Positions 1 through 10,482 of a DNA stretch of 64,000 nt are shown piece by piece. Made by a program: the position numbers and the translations under genes. The notes below the pieces were generated by a model that made no database searches, was not told where the DNA came from, and worked only from the letters and a program-made list of their open reading frames with translations. Location: assembly GCF_030143255.1 (NCBI RefSeq), contig NZ_JARJNR010000005.1, forward strand, positions 122,068-186,067, in the 5' to 3' direction. Every line of letters begins with the position of its first letter. Within the stretch, counting starts at the first letter, position 1. The DNA comes from Frigidibacter sp. SD6-1. GTDB taxonomy: Bacteria > Pseudomonadota > Alphaproteobacteria > Rhodobacterales > Rhodobacteraceae.

Positions 1-737
1 ACAGCCAGGTGGTGAAGTGGAACATCGACAAGGCGATCGCCGCCTACAAGGGCGAGGCGGTCGATCCGATCCTCGACAAGGTCGATGTCCAGTACCAGCC
101 CGGTCACCTCAAGACCTCGATGGGCGAGACGCTGGAGGCCGACGGCAAGTGGCTCGTCTGCCTGTGCAAGTTCTCGAAGGACCGGTTCCTGAACGTCGGA
201 CCGCTGAAGCCGGAGAACGATCAGCTGATCGACATTTCCGGCGACAAGATGGTGGTCGTCCACGATGGCCCGAATTTCGCCGAGCCGCATGATGCGATCG
301 CCGTCCACGCCTCGAAGATGACCGGCATCAAGTCGGTCTGGGACCGGCAGGACCCGATGTGGGCCGAGACGCGCAAGCAGGCCGAGGCCGACGGGGTGAA
401 CCTGGACGATTATCAGGATCAGGTCATCCGCGACGGCAACAAGGTGCGGGTCTACATGTCGAGCCAAGCACCGCAGTTCGCTATCGAGGAATTCACCGTC
501 AAGGAAGGCGACGAGGTAACGGTGATCGTCACCAACCTCGACGATATCGACGACCTGACCCACGGCTTCACCATGGGCAACCATGGCGTGGCGATGGAAA
601 TCGGGCCGCAGGCGACCAGTTCGGTCACGTTTGTGGCCGGTCAGCCGGGGGTCTACTGGTACTATTGCCAGTGGTTCTGCCATGCGCTGCACATGGAGAT
701 GCGCGGCCGGATGTTCGTGGAACCGAAGGCGGCATGA
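1..737 (+). CDS. nosZ: Nitrous-oxide reductase NosZ, C-terminal part (5' end lies outside the window)
   Basis: Translation ends with the CuA-domain motif ...[25 protein letters not shown] (cupredoxin-like Cys/His/Met ligands). Followed by nosDFYLX. The ORF runs off the 5' edge. Confidence 0.9.
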   Translation, partial: SQVVKWNIDKAIAAYKGEAVDPILDKVDVQYQPGHLKTSMGETLEADGKWLVCLCKFSKDRFLNVGPLKPENDQLIDISGDKMVVVHDGPNFAEPHDAIAVHASKMTGIKSVWDRQDPMWAETRKQAEADGVNLDDYQDQVIRDGNKVRVYMSSQAPQFAIEEFTVKEGDEVTVIVTNLDDIDDLTHGFTMGNHGVAMEIGPQATSSVTFVAGQPGVYWYYCQWFCHALHMEMRGRMFVEPKAA

Positions 738-741
738 TGCC

Positions 742-2076
742 ATGATCCTTCTTCGCCCGGCCCTGATCCTCGCCCTTCTTCTCGCCTCCGTGGCGGGGGC
801 CGAAGAACTGCGGGTCGCGCCGGGCGAAGCAACGCTTGCCACTGCCATCGCCGGGGCCGATCCCGGCGATGTGCTCATGCTCACCGCCGGGCATTATTCC
901 GGCCCCGTCACGCTGGACCGGGCGCTGACCCTGACCGGCCCGCAAGAGGCGGTGATCGACGGCAAGGGTCTGGGCACGGTCGTCACCGTGACTGCCGACG
1001 ATGTGGTGGTCCGCGGGCTGACGGTGACCGGCTCCGGCACCCGCAATTCCGACCTCGATGCCGGGATCAAGATCGTGAAGGGTGCCGACGGCGCATTGAT
1101 CGAGGGCGTCCGGCTCGAAAACAACATGCACGGGATCGACGTGCACGGATCACGCGGCAGCGTGGTGCGCGGCAATGTGATCGTGGGGCTGCAAGACCCC
1201 CGCATGAACGAACGCGGCAACGGCATCTATGTCTGGAACGCGCCCGGCACGATCGTCGAGGGAAACGATATCCGCTTCGGTCGCGACGGCATATTCGCCA
1301 ACACCTCGCGCGAAAACGTCTTCCGCCACAACCTGTTCCGCGACCTGCGCTTTGCGGTCCACTACATGTACACGCACGACAGCGAGGTCAGCGGCAACAT
1401 CTCGGTCGGCAATCATCTGGGCTTCGCTATCATGTTTTCGAACAAGGTGGTGGTGAAGGACAACCTCTCGCTCGGTGACCGGGAACACGGGCTGATGCTG
1501 AATTATGCCAACAGCGCCGACGTCAGCGGCAACCTCGTGCGCGGCGGGGCGAAAAAATGCCTCTTCATCTACAATGCCCACAAGAACCTGATCTACCGCA
1601 ACCGGTTCGAAGGCTGCGGCATCGGCATCCATTTCACCGCCGGATCGGAACGCAATGTTCTGACCGAGAACAGTTTCATCGCCAACCGCAACCAGGTGAA
1701 ATATGTCGGCACCCGCCAGATCGAATGGAGCTTCGAGGGCCGGGGTAATTTCTGGTCCGACAACCCGGCATTCGATCTGAACGGCGATGGGATCGCCGAC
1801 GGGGTTTATCGGCCGAACGACCTGATGGACCATATCCTCTGGTCGCAACCGGCGGCGGCGCTGCTCACCGGTTCGCCCGCCGTCCAGCTGGTGCGCTGGA
1901 GCCAGAAGAGTTTCCCCGCGATCCTGCCCGGCGGCGTGCAGGACAGCTTTCCCCTGATGGCGCCGCGAACCATCCCCGTCCCGCCCGCGACCCTCGCCAT
2001 GGAGGCAGGGGCCGCAGGACGCTGGGCGCAAGGACAATATGATGACATCGACCCTGAAAATCTCGGCACTCACTAA
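742..2076 (+). CDS. nosD: NosD, periplasmic copper-processing beta-helix protein
   Basis: ATG at 742 directly after the nosZ stop. Signal peptide, then repeated parallel beta-helix-like segments (GN..V.G, NN..GI). Conserved position between nosZ and nosF. Confidence 0.85.
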   Translation: MILLRPALILALLLASVAGAEELRVAPGEATLATAIAGADPGDVLMLTAGHYSGPVTLDRALTLTGPQEAVIDGKGLGTVVTVTADDVVVRGLTVTGSGTRNSDLDAGIKIVKGADGALIEGVRLENNMHGIDVHGSRGSVVRGNVIVGLQDPRMNERGNGIYVWNAPGTIVEGNDIRFGRDGIFANTSRENVFRHNLFRDLRFAVHYMYTHDSEVSGNISVGNHLGFAIMFSNKVVVKDNLSLGDREHGLMLNYANSADVSGNLVRGGAKKCLFIYNAHKNLIYRNRFEGCGIGIHFTAGSERNVLTENSFIANRNQVKYVGTRQIEWSFEGRGNFWSDNPAFDLNGDGIADGVYRPNDLMDHILWSQPAAALLTGSPAVQLVRWSQKSFPAILPGGVQDSFPLMAPRTIPVPPATLAMEAGAAGRWAQGQYDDIDPENLGTH

Positions 2077-2938
2077 GTGCTTCGCCAGTCTCAAGGCGCT
2101 TGATGCCGTGTCACTTGCGGTGGAACCGGGCATGCGCGTCGCGCTCCTCGGCCATAATGGTGCAGGCAAGTCGACGCTGATGAAGATCGTCCTCGGCCTT
2201 CTGCCGTTCGACAGCGGCAGCGTCGAGGTCTGCGGCGCCGCGCCCGGATCGGCGGCGGCGCGGGCGGGCGTGGCCTATCTGCCGGAAAACGCCGCCTTCC
2301 ATCCCGCGCTGACCGGCGAAGAGCAGATCGGCCATTACCTCGCACTGCGCGGCGAAAGCCCGAAGGGCGCGCGCGCGCTTCTGGAACGGGTCGGCCTGCA
2401 CGAGGCCGCGGGGCGCCGGATCGGGTCCTACTCCAAAGGCATGCGCCAGCGCGTCGGCCTCGCGCAGGCGCTGATCGGCAAGCCGAGGCTATTGGTTCTG
2501 GACGAGCCGACCTCGGGCCTCGACCCGGTCTCGCGCCGCGATTTCTATGAGTTGCTCGACGGCCTCGCGGCCGAGGGCGCGGCAATCCTCCTCTCCTCCC
2601 ACGCATTGACCGAGGTCGAGGCGCGGACCGACCGGCTCTTGATCCTGTCGAAGGGCCGCATGGTCGCCTCGGGCACGCTTTCGGACCTCAGGCGCGAGGC
2701 GGCCTTGCCGGTCACCATCCGCATGACAGCGCGCAACGGCTATGCGGCTGACATTGCAAAGGCTCTGCCCGGCACCATCCGCTTCGGCGCGGACTTGCAG
2801 CTGTCCTGCAGTCAGGAGGACAAGCTCGGCACGCTTGCCCGCGTGACAGGCCTCGGCGACCGGCTGGCCGATATCGAGGTCACGCCGCCGAGCCTTGAGG
2901 ATATCTACAGCCATTTCAGCCGGAGGGACGGGCAATGA
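2039..2938 (+). CDS. nosF: NosF, ABC transporter ATP-binding protein
   Basis: Walker A GHNGAGKST, ABC signature YSKGMRQR, Walker B LLVLDEPTSGLD. Start overlaps the nosD 3' end. AAGGA ribosome-binding site. Confidence 0.85.
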   Translation: MMTSTLKISALTKCFASLKALDAVSLAVEPGMRVALLGHNGAGKSTLMKIVLGLLPFDSGSVEVCGAAPGSAAARAGVAYLPENAAFHPALTGEEQIGHYLALRGESPKGARALLERVGLHEAAGRRIGSYSKGMRQRVGLAQALIGKPRLLVLDEPTSGLDPVSRRDFYELLDGLAAEGAAILLSSHALTEVEARTDRLLILSKGRMVASGTLSDLRREAALPVTIRMTARNGYAADIAKALPGTIRFGADLQLSCSQEDKLGTLARVTGLGDRLADIEVTPPSLEDIYSHFSRRDGQ

Positions 2939-3756
2939 GGCGCATCCTCGCCACCGCGCGCACCGAATTCCGCATTGCCTTCCGCAACCGTTGGGTGGCG
3001 ATCGCCATCGGGCTGATGGCGCTTTTCGCGCTTGTCCTCACCGCTGCCGGATCGGCGCCGACCGGGGTCTTGGGCGCGGACCGGCTGTCGGTCACGGTGG
3101 CGTCGCTGACCTCGCTCGCCGTCTATCTCGTGCCGCTCCTGGCGCTTCTGATGGCCTTCGACGCGATCGCGGGCGAAGCGGAGCGCGGCACGCTGCCGCT
3201 TCTTCTCACCTATCCAGGCAGCCGGGTCGAGATCCTGATCGGCAAGCTTCTTGCCCATCTGATCGTCCTCGCACTCGCCCTCGTCGCGGGCTACGGGCTG
3301 GCGGCTGCCGCCGCCTTCCTCGCCGATCCGGGGGCGGCCTCCGGCCTGCCCGCGCTGTTCCGGCTCGGCTGGACCTCGCTTCTCCTTGGCGCCACCTTCC
3401 TCGGTGCGGGCTATGCGCTTTCCGCGCTCGCCCGGCGCCCTTCGGGCGCGGCGGGCCTTGCGATGGGCCTCTGGCTCGGCGCCGTCGTTCTCTATGATCT
3501 GGCGCTGCTCGCCGCGGTGGTCGCCGATGGCGGCGGCTGGTTCACGACCGATCTCTTCCCGCTCGCGCTTCTGGCCAACCCGGCCGATGCCTTCCGCCTT
3601 TTCAACCTCGCCGCTTCCGAGGCGACGGCGGCGGCGACCGGCGTTGGCGGTGCAGCCGCGGCGATGCCGCTCTGGCAGTCCGCGCTTTCGGTCCTTCTCT
3701 GGCCGCTCGCGGCGCTCGCGCTTTCCAGTGCCGCGTTCAGGAAGGTGACCCCATGA
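2935..3756 (+). CDS. nosY: NosY, ABC-2 type permease
   Basis: Polytopic hydrophobic protein. ATGA start/stop overlap with nosF. Canonical nos gene order. Confidence 0.8.
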   Translation: MRRILATARTEFRIAFRNRWVAIAIGLMALFALVLTAAGSAPTGVLGADRLSVTVASLTSLAVYLVPLLALLMAFDAIAGEAERGTLPLLLTYPGSRVEILIGKLLAHLIVLALALVAGYGLAAAAAFLADPGAASGLPALFRLGWTSLLLGATFLGAGYALSALARRPSGAAGLAMGLWLGAVVLYDLALLAAVVADGGGWFTTDLFPLALLANPADAFRLFNLAASEATAAATGVGGAAAAMPLWQSALSVLLWPLAALALSSAAFRKVTP

Positions 3757-4325
3757 AACGCCTCTTTCTGATCGCACTCCTTGCTCTTTCCGCCTGCCGC
3801 GAGGAGGCACAGGACGTGACCCCGGTTGCCTTAACCGAAGAGGCTGTCGGCCACTATTGCCAGATGAGCCTTCTGGAACATGAAGGGCCGAAAGCGCAGG
3901 TCCATCTCGAGGGCCTGCCGGGGATGCCGCTCTTCTTCAGCCAGGTGCGGGATGCCGTGGCCTATGCGCGCCTGCCCGAACAGGACGGAGTCATCCTCGC
4001 GATCTATGTCAGTGACATGGGCGCCCCCGGCGCCACATGGGCCGCGCCGGGGGCGGACAACTGGATCGGCGCCGACAGCGCCTATTATGTGACGGGCTCC
4101 ACTGCCGAAGGCGGCATGGGCGCGCCGGAGCTTGTCCCCTTCGCCGATGAAGCGAAGGCCGCGGCTTTCGCGGCCGAGCGCGGAGGCGCCGTGATGCGTC
4201 TGGCCGATGTGCCCGACAGCGCTGTCCTCGCACCCGTCGAGGGCGCCGCGACATCCGCCGCCGAAGAAGGCGATGCCGATTATCAGGCACGCCTCAAGGC
4301 CCTGTCCGAAACCGTCGGAGACTAA
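3753..4325 (+). CDS. nosL: NosL, copper chaperone lipoprotein
   Basis: Lipobox LLALSAC at the N-terminus. ATGA overlap with nosY. Conserved Met/His-containing C-terminal domain. Position in the nos cluster. Confidence 0.8.
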   Translation: MKRLFLIALLALSACREEAQDVTPVALTEEAVGHYCQMSLLEHEGPKAQVHLEGLPGMPLFFSQVRDAVAYARLPEQDGVILAIYVSDMGAPGATWAAPGADNWIGADSAYYVTGSTAEGGMGAPELVPFADEAKAAAFAAERGGAVMRLADVPDSAVLAPVEGAATSAAEEGDADYQARLKALSETVGD

Positions 4326-4326
4326 G

Positions 4327-5238
4327 ATGCAGACCCGCCGCCGCTTCCTCGCCATCTCTGCCGCAGCGCCCTTCGCCCTCGCGGGACCGACCCGCGCCGC
4401 GCCGCCGCCGACCTGGACCGGCGTCGCGCTCGGCGCGCGGGCGAGCCTTCGCATCGACCATCCCGACGCCGCCCGCATCGCCGAAGAGGTCACGGCCGAA
4501 ATCGCGCGGCTGGAGGGCATCTTCAGCCTCTACCGGCCCGAAAGCGCGCTCATGCGCCTGAACCGCACCGGCCGGATCGACGCGCCGCCGCCCGAGCTTC
4601 TGGAGTGCCTCACGCTCGCCGGCGCTGTTCATCGCGCCAGCGGCGGGCTGTTCGACCCGACGGTGCAGCCGCTCTGGGCACTCTGGGCCGAACGCACCGT
4701 CGCAGGCACAAGACCCGGCCGCGCCGAACTGATGGCGGCGCGCGCGTGCGGCGGATGGGCGGATGTCCGCCTCGACCGCAGCGCCGTGACGCTCGCTCCC
4801 GCCATGGCGCTGACCCTGAATGGTATCGCGCAGGGCTATGTCGCCGACCGTATCGCCCGGCTTCTGGAGGCCGGGGGGCTGACGAATATCCTGATCGACA
4901 CCGGCGAGTTGCGCGCACTCGGCGGCCAGCCGGACGGGTCGGACTGGTCGGCCATGCTGGCGGAGGGCGGCCTTGTGCCGCTCAGGCAGCGGGCCCTCGC
5001 GACGTCGGCACCCCTTGGCACGACCTTCGATGCGGACGGAAGGTCGGGCCATATCCTCGATCCCGCGACCGGCGAAACCGCGCCGCCTGTCTGGAGGGCG
5101 GTCAGCATCTCGGCGCCGTCCGCCGCGCTGGCGGACGCCCTTTCCACTGCCGCCTGTTTGACCAGGATCAAGGCAGAGATCGACGCGATCCTTTCTGTCT
5201 TCCCCGAAGCGCGCTGCGAAGCCGCCGTCCGATCGTAA
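4327..5238 (+). CDS. nosX: NosX, ApbE-family FAD:protein FMN transferase (Tat-exported)
   Basis: Tat motif RRRFLA at the N-terminus. ApbE-like sequence. Last gene of the nos cluster. ATG at 4327, just after the nosL stop. Confidence 0.8.
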   Translation: MQTRRRFLAISAAAPFALAGPTRAAPPPTWTGVALGARASLRIDHPDAARIAEEVTAEIARLEGIFSLYRPESALMRLNRTGRIDAPPPELLECLTLAGAVHRASGGLFDPTVQPLWALWAERTVAGTRPGRAELMAARACGGWADVRLDRSAVTLAPAMALTLNGIAQGYVADRIARLLEAGGLTNILIDTGELRALGGQPDGSDWSAMLAEGGLVPLRQRALATSAPLGTTFDADGRSGHILDPATGETAPPVWRAVSISAPSAALADALSTAACLTRIKAEIDAILSVFPEARCEAAVRS

Positions 5239-5263
5239 ACCTGTCTGAATACGGGAGAGCCCC

Positions 5264-5671
5264 ATGCTCAAGATGACCGCAACCCTTGCTGTCAGCCTTC
5301 TCGTCGCCTCGCCGGTCCTCGCCGGCGACCCGGTGGCGGGCGAGGCGGATTTCAAGAAATGCAAGGCCTGTCATTCGATCATCGCCGCCGACGGCACCGT
5401 GATCGTCAAGGGCGGCAAGACCGGCCCGGACCTCTGGGGGCTTGATGGCAAGACTGTCGGCAGCGCGCCCGATTTCAAGTATGGCGATTCGATCCTGGCC
5501 GTCGGTGCGGCGGGCGTCACCTGGAACGAGGCCGAGATCGCGGCCTATGTGACGGATCCGACCGCCTGGCTGAAGGACAAGCTCGGCGATGACGGCGCCA
5601 AATCGAAGATGACCTTCAAGCTTGCGAAAGGCGCCGAGGATATCGCCGCCTATCTCGTGACCCTGAAGTGA
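5264..5671 (+). CDS. Class I c-type cytochrome (cytochrome c2/c550 family)
   Basis: Signal peptide, heme-binding motif CKACH, and a distal Met ligand region (KMTFKL). About 135 aa, similar in layout to Paracoccus c550 / Rhodobacter c2. Sits immediately downstream of nosX. Confidence 0.8.
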   Translation: MLKMTATLAVSLLVASPVLAGDPVAGEADFKKCKACHSIIAADGTVIVKGGKTGPDLWGLDGKTVGSAPDFKYGDSILAVGAAGVTWNEAEIAAYVTDPTAWLKDKLGDDGAKSKMTFKLAKGAEDIAAYLVTLK

Positions 5672-5727
5672 GCCTGGCGCCCCGCGCCCCCCAGCGGGCG
5701 GCGTGGGGCACGGCCCGGGCCCCGTCG

Positions 5728-7038
5728 TCAGACCCGTTCGCCGGTCAGGGAATTCGGTGCGCTGGCGGTGATCCTGACGCGCGCGATCTCTCCGACCTGC
5801 GCGGCCGGGTCCATGACATGGACGGCATGCAGATAGTCGGACTTGCCGCCCATCTGCCCTGCGAGCCGTCCCGGTTTTTCGTAAAGGACCGACACCTCGC
5901 GCCCGACCATCGCGGCCTGCGCGGCGCGCTGCTGGTCGAGGATCAGGGCCTGCAGCTCCTGCAGCCTCGCATCGGCAACGTCCGCCGCGACCGGCTCGCG
6001 CTCGGCGGCGGGTGTGCCGGGGCGGGCGGAATATTTGAAGGAATAGGCCATGCCGTAGTTCACCGCCCGGATCAGATCCATGGTCGCGGCGAAATCCGCG
6101 TCCGTCTCGCCCGGGAAGCCCACGATGAAATCGCCCGACATCATCATGTCGGGCCGCGCGGCGCGGATCTTTCCGATCAGCCGCAGATAGGCCTCGGCCG
6201 TATGCTTGCGGTTCATCGCCTTCAGGATGCGGTCCGACCCGGACTGCACGGGCAGGTGCAGGTAGGGCATCAGCTTCGGCTCCTCGCCATGGGCCGCGAT
6301 CAGGTCGTCGCCCATGTCGTTCGGGTGCGAGGTGGTGTAGCGGATGCGTTCAAGCCCGTCGATCTTCGCCAATGCCCGGACGAGGCGTGCGAGCGTCCAG
6401 CCATCGTCGCCGTGATAGCCGTTGACGTTCTGGCCCAGAAGCGTGATTTCCCGCACGCCTTTCTCGACCAGCTTCTGCGCCTCGGTCAGGATGCGCTCCG
6501 ACGGGCGGCTCACCTCGGCGCCGCGTGTGTAGGGCACCACGCAGAAGGCGCAGAACTTGTCGCAGCCTTCCTGCACGGTCAGGAAGGCGGTGGGCCGGGC
6601 CCTTGCCATCGGTCGGTCGGGCAGATGGTCGAACTTGTCTTCGGCCGGAAACTCTGTGTCGACAGTCTTTTCGCCCCGCGCCGCCGCCTTCGCCATGGCA
6701 GGCAGCCGGTGATAGCTTTGCGGGCCGACCACCAGATCGACCAGCGGCATCCGGCGCAGGATTTCCTCGCCCTCGGCCTGGGCGACGCAGCCCGCTACCC
6801 CGATTTTCAGCCCGGGCTTGTCGGCCTTCAGCGGGCGAAGCCGCCCAAGGTCGGAATAAAGCTTTTCGGAGGCTTTCTCGCGGATATGGCAGGTGTTCAG
6901 CAACACCATGTCCGCCTCTTCCTGCACCTCGGTCGTCACATAGCCGTCCGCGCCCAGAGCCTCGGCCATGCGCTCGCTGTCATAGACATTCATCTGACAG
7001 CCATAGGTCTTGATATAAAGCTTCTTCGGCTCGGGCAT
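5728..7038 (-). CDS. miaB: tRNA-2-methylthio-N6-dimethylallyladenosine synthase MiaB
   Basis: N-terminal MTTase domain ([10 protein letters not shown]). Radical-SAM CxxxCxxC (CDKFCAFC). C-terminal TRAM domain. Full length, 436 aa. Confidence 0.9.
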   Translation of the reverse strand: MPEPKKLYIKTYGCQMNVYDSERMAEALGADGYVTTEVQEEADMVLLNTCHIREKASEKLYSDLGRLRPLKADKPGLKIGVAGCVAQAEGEEILRRMPLVDLVVGPQSYHRLPAMAKAAARGEKTVDTEFPAEDKFDHLPDRPMARARPTAFLTVQEGCDKFCAFCVVPYTRGAEVSRPSERILTEAQKLVEKGVREITLLGQNVNGYHGDDGWTLARLVRALAKIDGLERIRYTTSHPNDMGDDLIAAHGEEPKLMPYLHLPVQSGSDRILKAMNRKHTAEAYLRLIGKIRAARPDMMMSGDFIVGFPGETDADFAATMDLIRAVNYGMAYSFKYSARPGTPAAEREPVAADVADARLQELQALILDQQRAAQAAMVGREVSVLYEKPGRLAGQMGGKSDYLHAVHVMDPAAQVGEIARVRITASAPNSLTGERV

Positions 7039-7149
7039 CGTCGGGGCCTTTCCGCGGGACCGGGCGCTTCTACCCCAAAGCGGGCGGCCCCCGCAATGGC
7101 GGGGCTTGATTTGGCCCGCCCGATCGGGAAGGTGAGAGGCGGAGGCGGA

Positions 7150-8019
7150 ATGAACTTCAGCGGGCTAGAGGATTTCCTGACGCGGGGACGGGCGGTGCTG
7201 GCCAAGGGGCCGGTGGCGCTGATCTTTGCCGAGGACGGGGTCGAGCTGACCTCGACCGTCGCCCATCATCTGCAGATCGGGTTCCGCAGCCTCGTGGTGC
7301 TGAAGCCGCAGGCGGTGGACTGGGTGCCGGAGGCGGAGGTCGCGCCGCGCATATCGACGCTAGCTTTCGATCCGTTCCCGCGCGATGCGGTGCCGGATGC
7401 CCTGACCCGGATCATCGCGGCGACGCCCGAGGCGACCTGGCTCTACTGGGGCTATAACGCCGAATATCTGTTCTTCCCCTTCTGCGAGACGCGGACAGTG
7501 GGCGAGATGCTCGCCTTTCATGCCGAGGAACGGCGCCGCGCGATGATCGCCTATGTGATCGACCTCTATGCGCCGGATCTGCAGGCCCATCCCGACGGGG
7601 TGACACTGGACAATGCCCATTTCGACCGGTCGGGCTATTACGCCGCCGCCCGCTATCGCGACGGCCAGCCACTGGAACGGCAGATGGAGGTCTTCGGCGG
7701 CATCCGCTGGCGGTTCGAGGAGCATATCCCCTGGAAGAGCCGCCGGCTGGACCGCGTGGCGCTGATCCGGCCGGAGAAGGGGCTTCAGATGCGGCCCGAT
7801 TTCACCCTGTCAGAGGAGGAGCGCAACACGATCTCCTGCCCCTGGCACCATAACCTGACCGCCGCCGTCGCCTCTTTCCGCACCGCAAAGGCGCTCCGCG
7901 CCAACCCCGGGTCGAAATGGGCGATCGGCAATTTCTGCTGGCGCGGGTCGGAGCGGTTCGACTGGTCGTCGAAACAGCTTCTCGATCTGGGCATGATGGA
8001 ACCCGGCCAGTGGTTCTGA
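7150..8019 (+). CDS. Conserved hypothetical protein
   Basis: ATG at 7150 preceded by GGAGG. The longer 5668-8019 ORF is a shadow over miaB on the opposite strand. Protein-like composition; no recognised motif. Confidence 0.5.
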   Translation: MNFSGLEDFLTRGRAVLAKGPVALIFAEDGVELTSTVAHHLQIGFRSLVVLKPQAVDWVPEAEVAPRISTLAFDPFPRDAVPDALTRIIAATPEATWLYWGYNAEYLFFPFCETRTVGEMLAFHAEERRRAMIAYVIDLYAPDLQAHPDGVTLDNAHFDRSGYYAAARYRDGQPLERQMEVFGGIRWRFEEHIPWKSRRLDRVALIRPEKGLQMRPDFTLSEEERNTISCPWHHNLTAAVASFRTAKALRANPGSKWAIGNFCWRGSERFDWSSKQLLDLGMMEPGQWF

Positions 8020-8139
8020 CGCCGACCGTGCCGGAGCGGCTCATCCGCCATGACAGGCGTCTTCGCCGCGAAGAGGGCTGAAAGGCCCGATGAGCGGCCT
8101 GCCGGGGGGCCTCGCGCGCCGGAACGGGCGCCTGCGACC

Positions 8140-8574
8140 CTACCGCCGCCTGAGGCGGATCACCACATCGACGCGCGCCACATCGGTGTCGCGGGGGGCC
8201 GCCGGCAGGCGGGCGATTTCCAGCTCTTCCTTCGGCGCGTCGGTCAGTTCGGCGGTTTCTTCCCAGTAGAAATGCGGATGATCGTCCAGCCGCGTATCGA
8301 AATAGGAGCGCGAGCCATCGACCGTGATCTCGCTCATCAGCCCGGCCTCGCAGAAGGCGCGCAGCGTATTGTAGACGGTGGCGAGCGATACGGTCTCGCC
8401 CGCGTCGCGGGCGGCACCGAAGAGCCATTCGGCCGTGACATGCCGGTCCTTGCCGTCGCCCACGAGAAGCGTCGCGAGCGCCACGCGCTGGCGCGTCGGC
8501 CTCAGGCCCGCGCCGTCCAGCCAGCGTGTGCCGCGCTCTTCGGCGGCATTCTGCGAAGGGGGTATATCGATCAT
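8140..8574 (-). CDS. irr: Fur-family transcriptional regulator, Irr-like iron response regulator
   Basis: Fur-family fold (HTH ...[13 protein letters not shown]...). His-rich HPHFY motif. Divergent from fabA, as is typical for irr in alphaproteobacteria. Start chosen at the MIDIPP Met (8574); the ORF can extend to 8619. Confidence 0.7.
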   Translation of the reverse strand: MIDIPPSQNAAEERGTRWLDGAGLRPTRQRVALATLLVGDGKDRHVTAEWLFGAARDAGETVSLATVYNTLRAFCEAGLMSEITVDGSRSYFDTRLDDHPHFYWEETAELTDAPKEELEIARLPAAPRDTDVARVDVVIRLRRR

Positions 8575-8672
8575 GCCACCCTTATACGGCAGCTTCGGAC
8601 GCAAATTCAATCGGGACACGGTCTTTTGCCTTGACGTCAGGCGGTTGCGCTTGCCCTGTCTCCGGGCGGAAT

Positions 8673-8689
8673 GTTACAGGGCCTGTAAC
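8673..8689. promoter_or_regulatory. Perfect 8-1-8 palindrome GTTACAGG-g-CCTGTAAC in the irr/fabA intergenic region (operator candidate)
   Basis: Exact inverted repeat about 25 nt upstream of the fabA ATG, in the divergent irr-fabA spacer. Confidence 0.5.
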
Positions 8690-8713
8690 GAAACGCGATC
8701 AAAGGCAGGGCGA

Positions 8714-9223
8714 ATGACGGCTTATCCTTCGAGCTTCTCCAAGGAAGACCTCCTGAAATGCGCGCGGGGCGAGCTGTTCGGCCCCGGCAATGCGCAGCTG
8801 CCCGCGCCGCCGATGCTGATGATGGACCGGATCACCGATATCTCGGACGACCGGGGCGAACATGGCAAGGGCCATGTGGTGGCCGAATTCGACATCACGC
8901 CGGACCTGTGGTTCTTCGACTGCCACTTCCCGGGCAATCCGATCATGCCGGGCTGCCTTGGGCTTGACGGGCTTTGGCAGCTGACCGGCTTCAACCTCGG
9001 CTGGCGCGGCTGGCAGGGGCGCGGCTACGCGCTGGGCGTGGGCGAAGTAAAGCTCACCGGCATGGTGCGGCCCGACCGCAAGATGCTGACCTACAGGGTC
9101 GACTTCACCAAGGCCATCCAGACCCGTCGCCTGACGATGGGTGTCGCCAATGGCATTGTCGAAGCCGACGGCGAGGTTATCTATCAGGTCACCGACATGA
9201 AGGTCGCCCTCTCGGCGACCTGA
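8714..9223 (+). CDS. fabA: 3-hydroxydecanoyl-ACP dehydratase/isomerase FabA
   Basis: Hot-dog fold with catalytic motif [14 protein letters not shown]. About 169 aa. Followed by fabB. Confidence 0.9.
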   Translation: MTAYPSSFSKEDLLKCARGELFGPGNAQLPAPPMLMMDRITDISDDRGEHGKGHVVAEFDITPDLWFFDCHFPGNPIMPGCLGLDGLWQLTGFNLGWRGWQGRGYALGVGEVKLTGMVRPDRKMLTYRVDFTKAIQTRRLTMGVANGIVEADGEVIYQVTDMKVALSAT

Positions 9224-9245
9224 CCGAATTCGAAGGAGTAGGCCC

Positions 9246-10475
9246 ATGCGCCGCGTCGTCATCACCGGTATGGGGATCATCTCGCCCATCGGCAACAATG
9301 TGACCGAGGTCGAAGCGTCCCTGCGCGCCGGAAAGTCCGGCATCGTCTTTTCGCCAGAGTATGCCGAGCATGGTTTCCGCAGTCAGGTCCACGGCAAGCC
9401 GCAGATCGTGCTTGAGGATCATATCGACAAGCGCAACCTGCGCTTCATGGGGCCGGGGGCGGCCTACAATTTCCTCGCCATGGAACAGGCCATCGCCGAC
9501 TCCGGGCTTGAGGAAACGGATGTCTCGAACGAGCGCACCGGCCTGATCATGGGCTCGGGCGGGCCGTCGACCTCGAACTTCTTCGTGGCCTTCGACACGG
9601 TCATCAACAAGGGCGCGCCGAAGAAGATGGGCCCCTTCATGGTGACGCGCTGCATGTCGTCGACCAACTCGGCCTGCCTTGCCACGCCCTTCAAGATCAA
9701 GGGCGTGAACTATTCGATCACCTCGGCCTGCTCGACCAGCGCCCATTGCATCGGCAATGGCGTCGAGCTGATCCAGATGGGCAAGCAGGACGTGGTCTTC
9801 GCCGGCGGCGGCGAGGAGCTCGACTGGACGCTCTCGTGCCTCTTCGACGCGATGGGCGCGATGTCGTCCAAGTACAATGACGCGCCGACGACCGCCTCGC
9901 GGACCTATGACGCGACCCGCGACGGGTTCGTCATTGCGGGCGGCGGCGGGGTCGTGGTGCTGGAGGAACTTTCCCACGCGCTGGCGCGCGGGGCGAAGAT
10001 CTACGGCGAAGTCACCGGCTATGGCGCCACCTCGGACGGCTATGACATGGTGGCACCTTCGGGCGAGGGCGGCGAACGGTCGATGCGGCTGGCGGTCTCG
10101 ACCCTGCCTGAGGGTCGCAAGATCGATTACATCAACAGCCACGGCACCTCGACGCCGGTGGGCGATGTGACCGAGATGGAGGCGATCCGCCGCGTCTTCG
10201 GCAAGGGCTCGACCCCGCCCGTCGCTTCAACCAAGTCGCTGACCGGCCATTCGCTGGGCGCGACGGGCGTGCACGAGGCGATCTATTCGCTGATCATGAT
10301 GAACAAGGACTTCATCGCCGCTTCGGCTAACGTGACGACGCTCGACCCGGCCCTTGACCCGGCGGAAATTGTCACCACTCTCCGGGAAGGTGTAAAGCTG
10401 GATTCGGTTCTCTCGAATTCTTTCGGGTTCGGCGGCACCAATGCTACGCTCGTGATGAGCAAGTACCTGGGGTGA
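9246..10475 (+). CDS. fabB: 3-oxoacyl-ACP synthase I FabB
   Basis: KAS I/II family: active-site Cys region SACSTSAHC and His/His motifs ([15 protein letters not shown]). 409 aa. Confidence 0.9.
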   Translation: MRRVVITGMGIISPIGNNVTEVEASLRAGKSGIVFSPEYAEHGFRSQVHGKPQIVLEDHIDKRNLRFMGPGAAYNFLAMEQAIADSGLEETDVSNERTGLIMGSGGPSTSNFFVAFDTVINKGAPKKMGPFMVTRCMSSTNSACLATPFKIKGVNYSITSACSTSAHCIGNGVELIQMGKQDVVFAGGGEELDWTLSCLFDAMGAMSSKYNDAPTTASRTYDATRDGFVIAGGGGVVVLEELSHALARGAKIYGEVTGYGATSDGYDMVAPSGEGGERSMRLAVSTLPEGRKIDYINSHGTSTPVGDVTEMEAIRRVFGKGSTPPVASTKSLTGHSLGATGVHEAIYSLIMMNKDFIAASANVTTLDPALDPAEIVTTLREGVKLDSVLSNSFGFGGTNATLVMSKYLG

Positions 10476-10482
10476 GGGGCAG

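Noticed and set aside
5672-5727. Possible bidirectional terminator between the cytochrome c gene and miaB (GGCCCGGGCC palindrome)
   Set aside because: Only a 10-bp self-complementary GC block with no clear loop. Too weak to call.
5668-8019. 783-aa plus-strand ORF spanning the miaB region
   Set aside because: Its 5' 1.4 kb is a GC-rich shadow frame opposite the clearly recognisable miaB. Only the 3' part from the ATG at 7150 (with a ribosome-binding site) is kept as a gene.
8050-8634. 194-aa plus-strand ORF
   Set aside because: Opposite the Fur-family irr gene, which has a recognisable HTH and metal-site motifs and the expected divergent placement with fabA.
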